A DNA stretch of 64,000 nucleotides from Octopus sinensis (Eukaryota). The translations under genes were made by a program, and so were the position numbers. This document shows positions 37,338-49,879 of the stretch, piece by piece. The stretch is from contig NC_043001.1 of the NCBI RefSeq assembly GCF_006345805.1, positions 110,050,001 to 110,114,000 of the forward strand, given 5' to 3'. A model generated the notes under the pieces. The model was not told where the DNA came from. It was given only the letters and a program-made list of their open reading frames with translations, and made no database searches. Position 1 is the stretch's first letter. The number at the start of each line of letters is the position of its first letter.

Positions 37338-38757
37338 CATCATTATTATTATTATATGTGATATGATGTAGCCGTGCGTGCTTCTATTGATTGACATTAT
37401 TTTCTATTGACACTACATAGAATTATATCAATAGAGATTTTCTAACGAGAGGAGATAAGAGTTTATTTATTTGCAATTATTGTTCCTTGTGTGGAATAAA
37501 AAAGTACACATTAGCAAAGAAAAATGTTCGTTCCCACCTATCATGTAAAATATAATTGCTACAGCTTTAAAAAAAATACACCCCCGCAAAAAAATTGTAA
37601 CAAAGGCATTCACGTCTTTGGAGACCGTAGACAACAAAAATATAACTAATTTAACTCCACAAAGAAATGTAGTTATTTCTTGAGAAAAAATAATGATTTT
37701 TATGATAGAAAATACAAAAATTAAAATAGACATTCGTCGCGATAAGCCAAACAATAACAAAAACAAGAATATGAATAACAATACAGAGTCAAAGAAGCGC
37801 TCCCTTTGCCAAACGACAATTACACAATCACACCCACACAAGCACATACACACAAACACATACAGATACACATATATACGCGCACATACACATACATGCA
37901 CACGCACGCATATGCACACATACTCATAAACACCTCCGCTTAGAGTCGTCTCAGCAAGAAATGGAATGACTGAGAAACTGGCAAAAAAAAATAACAAGCA
38001 AAAAACAGAATAACCCTTTCTAAACTTCCATTTTAACGAACTAACTTAATCGGGTGTATCTTAGGAATTATATGGTGGTGAAAAAGTCTGACTGGAAGGA
38101 TTGCGTAATAAAGACAAGTGCATCAGTATATTAGTCCCATATCTTGAAGGATATCGAATATGTTTTCGTGCCCGCAAGAGAAACCGTAGGCAAGTTCAGT
38201 CAAATTTGAGAATACTATATCCTTAAATAATTGAAGAAGTTTTTATAGATCTGTATGAGTTATATTCAAACTCGGGGACGAGTTAGTGCCTTACATTCTT
38301 ATCCTAAAACTCATAGGCCATGACAACGGGCGGTGATGCTAGCCCTTAGATTGTCAGTATTGTGATGTAGGAAGTGAAGGCAGCAACAATTGAAGTGACC
38401 AACACTATATGCACTCTGCTGGAATATATACGAATATGCAATGTCCGATTAGCTATGAAGACCATAGAGAAATTCTATAGGTATTACATGCCATGGATGC
38501 AGCAAAATTAGGCCAGTGATGTGTGTATGTGTGTTTGTAAGTGTCTATATGCATGCGAGTGTCTGTGAGAGTGTACATGTATATGTATATGGTAGTTGAA
38601 TTCCAAATGATATATTTTAACTATAATTTGATTTTCAAAATTCTAGAAAAAGCGATGACATCTTCTTGGGAAAGAATGAATACGTGTTCAGGTCGCCATT
38701 ACATGACTGAAACCGGTAAAAGAATAAGTAGATGCACACAGACTCTCTCTCTCACAG

Positions 38758-38796
<39 letters not shown>

Positions 38797-38884
38797 ATAT
38801 ATATATATAGATATATGTAAATTTGTATATGCATATATATATATGTACATATTTACATGCATGTATGCATATGTATATATATAT

Positions 38885-39110
38885 TTCGTTACTACCCACA
38901 AGGGCTAAACATAGAGGGGACAAACAAACAAGGACAGACAAAGGGATTAAGTCGATTACATCGACCCCAGTGTGAAACTGGTACTTTATTTATCGACCCC
39001 GAAAGGATGAAAGGCAAAGTCGACCTCGGCAGAATTTGAACTCAGACTGACGAAATACCGCTAAGCATTTCACCCGGCGCGCTACCGTTTCTGCCAGCTC
39101 GTCGCCTTCA
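38885..39110 (-). mobile_element. SINE group B monomer
   Basis: Colinear with the other group B copies. Confidence 0.9.
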
Positions 39111-39170
39111 TGCATATGTATATATATATATATCCCCTTGTAACTTTACTCACGTGAGTGAGTGTTTACC

Positions 39171-39310
39171 TTAGGTATGGGTTTCATAAAGGAAGTAATT
39201 ACTGTGTTGACAATAGAAACGAGCAAGCTGCAATATGAAAGCTATTGATTTCATTTTCTTAAAGACTTGGGATGAAACGATTCCAATATTGAGTTGCGTC
39301 CATTGAAAAC
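39171..39310 (-). CDS. Candidate second coding exon of the secreted-protein gene (GFQWTQLNIGIVSSQVFKKMKSIAFILQLARFYCQHSNYFLYETHT*)
   Basis: Strong acceptor gtgttttctttcag. Open in the phase-1 frame required by the exon at 39591-39717. TAA lies 1 nt before a possible donor G|GTAAAC. Confidence 0.4.
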
Positions 39311-39590
39311 CTGAAAGAAAACACGATCGCATTGGAGAATACACGTTCTTTGGCTTGAAGTTATACAATCCTCTGTGTGGTGAGTGGGCGAGTCATCGAG
39401 AACACGTTCTATGAGTTCATGGTAAAATGCGATCAGTGAGTTAACCATAATAATTTAACAATAAATTGAAACCACATGATAATCACAGCTTTTAGATTGG
39501 CGTTTGAAAACGACTCTGAAGTAGACGAACAGTGAGTATTAGCCGTTGCTTAAAAGGGATATGTGACAAAACATGAAACTTTGCACTCAC

Positions 39591-39717
39591 CTTCGGGGAA
39601 CGCGGGATCTTCGTAACTTTTGAAAGGAAATTCCTCGTAGTCGATATATCGTCCCCCGGTAGTAGCGCAAAGCATATGGAATATGCAGCACCAGAAAATT
39701 ACCAACAAGTGTCGCAT
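39591..39717 (-). CDS. First coding exon of an unidentified secreted or membrane protein: signal peptide plus acidic segment
   Basis: Acceptor tcttttttttcttcgtttccag|AT-ATG and donor GAAG|GTGAGT (phase 1). Encodes MRHLLVIFWCCIFHMLCATTGGRYIDYEEFPFKSYEDPAFPE. GC-richer than the flanks. Confidence 0.75.
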
Positions 39718-39904
39718 ATCTGGAAACGAAGAAAAAAAGATTTTTAAAAACTAATAACGACAATGCTTAATTGCGGTGTTCTACCTCAGTAATACCTGAA
39801 GCTTTAAAGACATTAATTTGCGTGTTATAATCATTTCAGTTTGTTTTAGAATAGAAATTCAACGAAAACCTTAAGTGACACTGATGTTAAATGTTTAGGA
39901 GTGA

Positions 39905-40132
39905 TTTAATTACGTGACCAGCCCGACTGAAACCGGCTCTGGCTCTGTAGTACAAATGACTTGTTTTCATAAGTTCTGAATTAAAATCGTTCACCAAACC
40001 ATAGTCAAAATTGATGTTCCTAACACTAGCTTAATGATAACTAAGTTATTTTACTAAATTCTTTGTTATATTTAAAATTACTTGAAAGGAACACAGAGCT
40101 TCTCAAAAGAAATATGGTCACAAAAGGGTTAA
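39905..40132. mobile_element. piggyBac-type MITE remnant
   Basis: Ends AAAAGGG|TTAA (piggyBac-like terminus and target site). The other end is degenerate. Confidence 0.45.
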
Positions 40133-40994
40133 AATATATGATAGAGAAACAATTCTTTAAAAAGTGAAGTTAGTGCATGTGAAGACTGTTTAAGTTGATA
40201 AAATGTCATTACTAAAATACTTCCAAGAAGGACGTATTGAACCCATCAACGCTATGCTAGGAATCACAAGAAGAGGACAAGCAATTCCAGCATCGACCGG
40301 GAACCCTATTATTTCAATGTTGAGGTCACTTAATGACTTGCCTTCATATTCGATGAAGTGAAGATACATGTTTAGGCTACTATATTTGGTAATCCCTTTT
40401 AGAACCACAACTTGCCCTCTATTTCTGTAGATATTAATCATATCTGATCTGCAATCTGCCTTGAATATGTATCATTAATTAGGTCTGACATGTTCGATTC
40501 ATGTTTGTTGCTTTCACCAGTTCTTATTATCCAAAACACTCATGGCTAACTGCGTTGTTTTGACAACAACAAAAATAAATGAAAGAGAGAAACGAAAGAG
40601 ATGTTATTGAGTTAAATTCCCTTGTTTATCACAATTTATATTTTACACAGTTTACAAGGTGCTTTTATCTATTAATTGCGATTTTAATCTCACTTAATCG
40701 AACTGCGTCGAACTAAGCTGGTACACGCATTGTGACGCCCTACTACACATACATACATATATACATACATACATACATTCATACATACATTCATACATAC
40801 ACGCATACATACATACACACATACATACATACACCCATACATACACACATACATACACACACAGATACACACACACACCTCTACACACACATATACACAC
40901 ACACACATACACACACACATACACACATGCATACATACATACATACATACACACATATATATATATACATACATACATATACATATATACATAC

Positions 40995-41062
<68 letters not shown>

Positions 41063-41067
<5 letters not shown>

Positions 41068-41250
41068 TAATCCAAACTTGAAAACACAACAATGCGAGGA
41101 CGTGGAACAAGTATAGTGTTATTGGACGCTCAGGAAGAAAAGAAAGAAGGATGCCTTAACGTTTCGAGCGGAGCTCTTCGTCAGAAACATAGGAAAAGGA
41201 AAGATCCAAGGAAGGGAAAACGGAGAAAGAAAATCGCCAACGATACACAC
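41063..41250 (-). mobile_element. Penelope-like terminus (family 1) abutting (TA)n
   Basis: Colinear with 9696-9905. Confidence 0.7.
41154..41188 (-). ncRNA. Minimal type-I hammerhead-ribozyme-like motif with canonical core
   Basis: GTTT-CTGACGA-A-GAGC(TCC)GCTC-GAAAC-GTT-AAGG. The CUGANGA and GAAA cores are intact and stem I is weakened. Confidence 0.55.
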
Positions 41251-42229
41251 GCGACACGCACATATATACACGTGTGTTTCTTTGTGTATATATACGTATA
41301 TGTATGTGTCCGTGCGTGTGTGTGTATGTGTGTCTGTGTGTTAGTACACACTTAATCACATATAAGCTTATCAGCCTATTGAGAAAGAATGATTTTCCTT
41401 TTGTCTACCTTTTTATCAAAATGCTGTTTACTTATATTGCAAAACTAAATAATAAGCAACGCGATAAACATTACTTAGTATGAAGATTAGCAGAAAGAAC
41501 CGGCTCAAACTGTGTATAGACACGCTCTAAAATATCTAGGAAATCTGCAGAATTATGATTAGCAAATAATCTTTGTATTTTTTAATGTCTCGTTAATGCT
41601 CTCAACATTAAAATGAAGATTCGTTGCCATCACATCATTTAATCAGAATGGTCAAGAGATTCATTTTCTTTTATCTCTAAATTTAAAAGAGAGTTAGCAG
41701 CATCTCAAAAATATTTGAGTTTCTTCACTTTGAATATCTCTTAAAATTTGCATGCAGACTTATTTTGCAATGGATTAAAAAAAGAATTCCATTTTTCTGT
41801 TAAATGTTAGAGATCTATTTTTTGGTATTTTCAGATTTCTATTTTAAGCTCAATTGTCTTGAGTAACGTAAAAATAAAGAGAACACTTGTCATCTTCCCG
41901 CAAAGAAAATACTTTTTATACACTACACAATGAGAACTAGAGTTACAGCATTCTAAAAAACACGGAATTTAAACATTTCATTAACTCTCGCATACCTAAT
42001 AATAATGATATTAATGTATCGATATGTGCATATGTAGTCAACAATCTTTACTTCTATCAATCTCATCACTTAGCAGCTCAAAAATCAGTGCCCATTAAAG
42101 GCAACAGTTTCATTCGTGTAATAATCTAGCTCAACAGTTAACGAAGGTCAAATATAAAGAATAGTTGAAATGGGAAGTATAAATCAATGGAAAAGAAAAC
42201 GACAGGTGGTTGTATAATCTTTTCTACTC

Positions 42230-42750
42230 TAGGCACAAGGCCCGTAATTTTCGGGGGTGGGGGCCAGTCGATTAGATCGACCACAGTACGCAACTGGTAC
42301 GTAATTCATCGACCACGAAAGGTTGAAAGGCAAAGTCGACCTTGGCGGTATTTGAACTTACTTCTTTACTGCCCACAAGGGGCTACACACAGAGGGGACA
42401 AACAAGGACAGACAAACGGATTAAGTCGATTATATCGATCCCAGTACGCAACTGGTATGTAATTCATCGACCACGAACGGTTGAAAGGCAAAGTCGACCT
42501 TGGCGGAATTTGAACTTAATTCTTTACTGCCCACAAGGTGCTACACACAGAGGGGACAAACAAGGACAGACAAACGGATTAAGTCGATTATATAGACTCC
42601 AGTGCGTAACTGGTACTTATTTAATCGACCCCGAAAGGATGACACGCAAAGTCGACCTCAGCGGAATTTGAACTCAGAACGTAGCGGCTGACGAAATACC
42701 CCAAAGCATTTCGCCCGGCGTGCTAACGTTTCTGCCAACTCGCCGCCTTC
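42230..42750 (-). mobile_element. SINE group B with tandem, internally deleted 158-bp units
   Basis: TCTTTACTGCCCACAAG recurs at 42363 and 42521. Single head at the 42750 end. Confidence 0.9.
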
Positions 42751-42871
42751 AGATAGTTGTATAATGAACAGATAAGAATGCCCATCAGGAACCTGGTGCG
42801 CAGTGCACAACGTGCAGAAAATTAGCAAACAAAATTTCCTACAAATCATACAATGTATAGACAACAGATCA

Positions 42872-42905
42872 AACTAATATGAATGGGAAACCATTCATAT
42901 TAGTT
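42872..42905. other. Perfect 15-bp hairpin with GAAA loop
   Basis: AACTAATATGAATGG-GAAA-CCATTCATATTAGTT. Confidence 0.9.
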
Positions 42906-43712
42906 CTGAAACACTCTCTTGAATTAAACAGGAAGTTAAAACAGGGTATATAAATACCTCAACGTGTCACCATAGTAAATGATATAAATAATTTAGGAAA
43001 GGTTGAAGAATTGAAAACTTTTCTATACCCGTTATACATGTTTCTGGTTAATTTTTGTATTTATATTATTGTCGAGGTACACAACATTTCAGTAATGCAC
43101 AAAAGCTTCGTGCGAGGCTTCAAATTCAAGACAATTCGTCGCCATTAGTGTGTAGATCGAAAGATCTTGTTTCTATATTCTAATTAAATCCAACTCAGCC
43201 CTGCTGTAGCAATCTCTTTATGAACGAACTAGAACACATTTATCTATTTATTTAGAGCAGAAATGTCTTACCATGAACTAAATTACCGAATGTTTCTAGA
43301 TAAAACATGAAATATGAGTTTGTGAGAGATTTAACTTGCATTTCTTGAAGGGCACACGACAACATGAACTTTAATTTCTTGGCAGATACCTGGTGACCCC
43401 TGTCATCCACCACTCTCGTAGCTAAATACTACCTATGTTATTTACTGCTCTTGTACACCATAAATGACATTATCATATGTTGGGCCCTGAGGCTATAGTA
43501 GAAGACACTTGCCCAAAGTGCCACGCAGTGGGAATGGACTGTATATGTAGCTGTACATATCTGTATAAATAGCTGTATATATCTGTTAGAAATTTACTCC
43601 TTCCGTAGAGGAAGAATTTAAATAAAACCATGCATATATAATATCTATGTGTGTGTGTAAAATCATGTTTGTGTGTGTGCGAGCGCGTATGTGTGCATGT
43701 GTTTGTATGTGT

Positions 43713-43756
<44 letters not shown>

Positions 43757-43820
43757 GCGTGTGTGTGCGTGTGTGTGTGTGTCTGTACATGTTTATGATT
43801 GAACTTTAGTTTCTGTGCGT

Positions 43821-43920
43821 NNNNNNNNNNNNNNNNNNNNNNNNNNNNNNNNNNNNNNNNNNNNNNNNNNNNNNNNNNNNNNNNNNNNNNNNNNNNNNNN
43901 NNNNNNNNNNNNNNNNNNNN
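43821..43920. other. Assembly gap (100 N)
   Basis: Run of n. Confidence 1.
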
Positions 43921-44189
43921 ACAGTGGTTTCAAACTTTGGCATAGGGCTAGCAGTTATTAAGGGAAGGGGAATTTGGTTCCATCACCTCCAGTGCTCAAC
44001 TGGTACTTATTTTGTGAACTCTGAAAGGATTTAAAGCAAAGTCGACATCAGGCGGAAGTTGAACTCAGAACGAGAAAATGGACGAAATGCCGTAGACTTC
44101 CATTAAGTAAATGAAAAAGAAAAAATGTGGGGTCTGCTTGAGAGGAGTTAGTGCAGGATAAACCGAAATAAAGCTTAAATGCTGGTCTT

Positions 44190-44750
44190 AAACTTTTTGA
44201 CAGGGCCAGCGGTTTTTGAGAGGAGAGGGAATTCGATTTTACCTACCAGAGTTCTTGACCCCGAAAGGATGAAAAGCAAAGTCGATATCGGCGGAATTTG
44301 AACTCAGGACGTAAAGACAGACGAGATACCTATTTCTTTACTACCCACAAGGGGCTAAACACAGAAAGGACAAACAACGACAGACAAACGGATTAAGTCG
44401 ATTATATCGACCCCAGTACGCTACTGGTACTTTATTTATCGACCCCGAAAGGATGAAAGGCAAAGTCGACCTCTGCGGAATTTGAACTAAGAACGTAAAG
44501 ACAGACGAAATACCTATTTCTTTACTACCCACAAGGGGCTAAACACAGAGGAGACAAACAAGGACAGACATAGGTATTAAGTCGATTACATCGACCCCAG
44601 TGCGTAACTGGTACTTAATTTATCGACCACGAAAGGATGAATGACAAAGTCGACCCCGGCGGAATTTGAACTCAGAACGTAAAAGCAGACGAAATACCGC
44701 TTAGCATTTCGCCCGGCGTGCTTAACGTTTCTGCCAGCTCGCGGACTTAA
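44190..44750 (-). mobile_element. SINE group B: one head plus about three tandem 184-bp units
   Basis: TATTTCTTTACTACCCACAAGGGG at 44331 and 44515. Confidence 0.92.
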
Positions 44751-45239
44751 ACACCTTAAAACATTTCTGCGATGATGATGATGCATTCAGGAATAACTCG
44801 GGGTTAAACAAAAATGTTATGAATGACTGTAATTCCCAAAATATTTACAAACCAATAGCAATAACTCCTCGCAATAGGAACTCTGTCTTGTTTTTTTTTG
44901 TTTTTTTCTTCTTTAAACCAACCACAAACTAAATGCGCTAATCACAAAAATTTATTAGATAAGCTGGGGAAAAAAATAAAGAAAGGAAAAAGCTGAAAAT
45001 TCCCACAAACTTCCGAAAACGACGCAAAAAAAAAAACTAAACAAGAACCGAAAAAGAATATAAGAATATAAAGGAAAACAAATTACAAAAGAATTATAAT
45101 CCTAAATATTCTTCTTCCTCCCTCTCAGCATTCTTATCTTCTTTTCATTCCTCCATTGTTGCGCATAGTTTCTTCCGAACTCGTCTCTATGTAGGTGCGT
45201 GTGTGTGTGTGTTATGGCGTGTTTACATAACGATGTAGT

Positions 45240-45356
45240 CGGTGTTGGTGGTGATGGTGGTGGTGGTGGTGGTGGTGATGGTGTTGGTGGTGGTGGTGAT
45301 GGTGTTGGTGGTGGTGGTGATGGTGGTGGTGGTGGTGGTGATAGTGTTGACGTTGC

Positions 45357-45393
<37 letters not shown>

Positions 45394-45420
45394 GATGTTG
45401 AAGTTGTCATTGCTGTTTCA
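45240..45420. repeat. (GGT)n/(GTT)n repeats
   Basis: Direct. Confidence 0.9.
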
Positions 45421-46797
45421 GTTTAAATCCAGGTCATATCTGATAGAGCAGGCACACATGCACATACGAGTACACGCACACGCACACTCACACACACACA
45501 CAAACAAACAAATACAAGCACGCAAACACAAACACAAACACACGCGCACACACAAACACACACACATACACGCACACACAGACACACGCGCGCACACACA
45601 CAAATACGCAAACACGAACACACACATGCACACACGCACACAAACATATACATATTCACACACACACACAAACACACACAAACGCATATGTAAGATTGTC
45701 AGTAAGTATGCAACTACATATATATATATGTGTGCATGCTAGGAGTCCGTTGCGGAGTCAGTGTGTGTGTGTGTATGTGTGTATATGTTTATGTGTGTGT
45801 GTGTGGTGTACGCGTGAATATATCAATATGTGTATGTGTGTGCGTGTGTATACACTCACTCACACACACATGTGTACCATTATGACACACATTGAGAATT
45901 AGTGAGAGACAGATAGGGAGGAGAGATTGATTGATGGATGCGCACCCACACACATATATAAACACAGACATACATACAAACATAATTACATAGGTGAGTG
46001 CGCGTAGCCAAAAACCTTTTAGCCGTGACCACCCCAGAAAATTTCCGCTATTATGAAAAAGCTCAGGGCCTCCTCGAACAGTGCGTGCAGTATAAAAACC
46101 GCACAGAGGGACTGAAGTAAATTTTGTCCACTAGGTTTAACAGGCAGGAAGGAAGGTCCCGTAAGGGTTGGCTCTATTATCGCATATTTTCAATACTTAG
46201 CCACAAATCAAGCAAACATAGGATCGCAAGTTTTCCGGTCATGCCCATCCCGTCATAGTGCTATAGATTAAGGATAAAATATCCACCATATGATTCGCTA
46301 TTCACGAGAGCAGGATGTGATTCGAGGTACAATTAGCTGCGGCATCTGGCGGGTCAAGAGATAATAAAGAGAGGTGTCTCAGATTCGATAGCGTGTAGGA
46401 TCGTGAGAATTTGCGGATATGAGTGAAATCGGTCCCGTTTGTGTGCATATTCCCCTCTTTTTCTTTAGCACTCATCCCAAATACAAAAACACACACACAT
46501 ACACACATGTTCTCTCTCTCACTTTCTCCTCATCCATCACCCTCTTGTACTGTCTTATATTCCTCCCCACCACTACAAACTCAATACCACTATAAAATGG
46601 TCAAACTCCTCAAACAGAAACTTAGTTTGATTTGAAGACCCCACTAGAATGGGAGAAAGCGCTAATACATGATCTAAGTTATATGATGTATAAAAAATAT
46701 AATATACAAATAAATATCTGTAAATATAAACCATCCGATTTTCTGAGTACCTCATTTCTTCTAATATAAAATACCTGTACATCATCTCCAAACATTT

Positions 46798-46844
<47 letters not shown>

Positions 46845-46889
46845 TTCACACATACACACACACACGTATACATTATATATCTTTATTTC

Positions 46890-47090
46890 TTTATTACCTA
46901 CAGGGGGATAAACATAGAGTGGACAAACAAGGACAGACGAAGGGATTAAGCTGATTATATCTACCCCAGTGCGTAACTGGTACTTATTTAATCGACCCCG
47001 AAATTATGAAAGGCAAAGTCGACCTCGGCAGAATTTAAACTCAGAACGTAACGGCAGACGAAATACCTCTAAGCATTTCGCCCAGCGTAC
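46890..47090 (-). mobile_element. SINE group B
   Basis: Group B body. Confidence 0.85.
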
Positions 47091-47094
47091 TATG

Positions 47095-47212
47095 TATATA
47101 TACAAACTGAGACAAGAACGTGAAACATTTAGAAGACGACACAAGAAGCACGGACGGGACATTCGAAGCCCTCAATCATCAGTCAAGAACCGGATCATCT
47201 TCGCAATTTCGG
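47095..47212 (-). mobile_element. Probable Penelope-like terminal remnant
   Basis: TA-flanked. Minus strand has CTGATGA..TTCGAATGTC (degenerate hammerhead core). Confidence 0.35.
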
Positions 47213-47599
47213 CTGATATATATATATACACACACTCGTGTGCACAGGCGTACTCATGCAGCTTCTTTCATATAAAACTTCATTGAAAAGGACGCAGGAA
47301 ATCATGCTACGCCACCAGAGAGATTTCACTGAGTGGTTGCCCCGGTTTAAAGAAGCAGAAGCCGAATCTCCCTGAGGCCACACACTGTAATCTTAAACAA
47401 AAGCATGATGCTAAGTGTTGGACAGGGGAATGCTAGTCGACAATATTGAGCCGACACTTGAGTGTTATTAGATGTTATCGACCGTTCGAAAGTATTAGAT
47501 GCAAAAATGATCTCGGCAAGATTTCATCTCAGATTTGAAGGTGTGAAAAGAGATGACGCGCTGAGTATTTCTAACGTGCCCGCCACACTAACGAGGTTT

Positions 47600-47691
47600 A
47601 GAAGAAGAAGAAGAAGAAGAAGAAGAAGAAGAAGAAGAAGAAGAAGAAGAAGAAGAAGAAGAAGAAGGAGAAGAAGAAGGTGAAGAAGATC

Positions 47692-47723
<32 letters not shown>

Positions 47724-47740
47724 AATGATGATAATGATAT
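47600..47740. repeat. (AGA)n/(GAT)n repeats
   Basis: Direct. Confidence 0.95.
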
Positions 47741-48236
47741 GATTAATCGCAACCACCATAACAAAGCAACAACAAAGAGAAGAAAGAATAAGCAGCGATG
47801 GGCACGATTGTAACGCTTTTGATGACAGATCTGCGCAATTAAGGTTCGGCACGAAACTAAACCACACGACAGCATCAGCGGCAACAAAAACGCAAACGTA
47901 CGCATAGCAACATCTATTTAACACATAAAAACACACTAACTTCATATCATATGCATCCATACACATTCTCCCCCTCGCTGGCCTACTCTTATAATATGCT
48001 TAATACTTAGTCTCCCAGTCTTCCAGATTACAGAGCACTTCTAGTATCTTGTTAAGAATATAGCTCCTATCCTACTTTAGTTCTTATTGTCTTCAGTTCC
48101 TTATATAATTTCTTGTAGTCTTTCACCGCCTCTCAAGTATGTGCGCGCCAAAACATGCGCGAATGATCGCGCCACCTGTTTATTTATATAATATTTTATG
48201 TATGTGTATGTTCATATCTGTATGACAAAGAGTTTG

Positions 48237-48280
<44 letters not shown>

Positions 48281-48390
48281 CATATATATATTTGTATATA
48301 TATATATATATAATATATATATATAATATATATATGTATATACATATATATGTATATATATATATATATGTGTACACATATATATGTATA

Positions 48391-48435
<45 letters not shown>

Positions 48436-48454
48436 AAAATATATATATTCACTA

Positions 48455-48511
<57 letters not shown>

Positions 48512-48926
48512 TATTTGCATATACGTACAGAATACATATTCATATAGAGCCGAATGCATATGCACGCGCACATTGACAGACACCTATTCGCAAACAGATA
48601 TGTCATACAGACTAATATATGTGTGGGTGGGTGTACCTGTGCGTGCGTGTGTAAGTGTGTGTGTGTGTGTGTATGTTAGTGTGCGAATGTTCACAGAAAC
48701 ACCCACGCTGGTAGAAGAGCCGAGACATATAAGCATGTGTGGGTGGGTATATGAACACACTTATTCAAACACACTCACACACACATATTCATGCATTATT
48801 TCTATATCCATACCTATATATATATATGCACATACATATATATATACACTATATATATATATATATACATATATATGTATATATGTATATATATATCTAT
48901 ATACATATATTACATATTATTATATG

Positions 48927-48985
<59 letters not shown>

Positions 48986-49679
48986 ATATATATGCATATA
49001 TATGATAGATGTATAGATGTATGTATGGAGGGGTCTGAGGGTGCGTCATTATGTGCTTTAGGTATGCATATATGTATATAATATATACATATATCAATGT
49101 ATACATACATGTATGTGTATGTGCTCGTGTGTGTACAGAAATGCATTTATGAATGCCTTGCGTTTATGAACGCCATTTCATTGGGATGTTTTATTTCTCA
49201 TATCTCTTTACAAATTCATGCTTCTGGCCGTCATCAAACTCTAACTTCCTGTCTCTCAAACTCCCAAAACTCATGTCGAACGATCCTCCCTGTTTTAATT
49301 AGATACCAACCCACCTTAGAAGCCTAAACACTCGTAAAATTAATTACTAGCAACACACACACACACACACACACATTCATATATATACACATACATATTC
49401 ACACACCTATCTCTTGATACACGAAATTAAAACTGCGTTGACCTTGTTTCTTTAATCCAAACCCTCTCCAAACTTGACAGAAATAACAGTATGAAGAATA
49501 GAGTAGTTCATCACCATCCCCACCCATTTCTTTGGATTTAAAAATAATCTTTTCTTCTCTAGGCAGAAGGCCCGCAATTTTGGAGGAGGGAGCCAATCAT
49601 TAGATCGACCCCAGCACGCAACTGGTACTTAACTTATCGACTCCGAAAGAATTAAAGGTAAAGTCGACTTTACAGAGAT

Positions 49680-49777
49680 TTTCGCTCGTACTTCAAGACA
49701 AAATTTCGCACGAGTCTCAGCTCGTACAGCAAATTACTCGTACAACGGAGCACTCGTACTGTTAGGTTCTACTGTAC
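49680..49777. mobile_element. pogo/Tigger-like MITE 3' end
   Basis: GCACGAGTCT..GCTCGTACAGCAAATTACT shared with about 58310-58365. Terminates GGTTCTACTG|TA. Confidence 0.5.
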
Positions 49778-49879
49778 ATACACAAATCCTGTACTGTACA
49801 TACAGGAATGCACATCTTTTTACGCACATATATAAAGGTCATAGGGAGTACTGTACTGTTCTATCTTCACCCCCTTTCC

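Noticed and set aside
39279-39612. Spliced junction AFPEGFQW resembles the glycoside hydrolase family 1 N-terminal FPxGFxWG motif
   Set aside because: The required following ATAAYQxEG motif is absent and the frame ends after 45 more residues. No GH1 exon was found elsewhere in the window.
39591-39717. Signal peptide CCIF recalls the octopus salivary tachykinin precursor
   Set aside because: There is no FxGLM-amide motif in any candidate exon, so a 4-residue match is not evidence.
46091-46098. Plus-strand TATAAAAA
   Set aside because: No initiator at the right spacing and no downstream plus-strand exon.
46302-46508. LSNLRHLSL, an LRR-like pattern in a minus ORF
   Set aside because: A single partial motif without the conserved Asn and without splice support.
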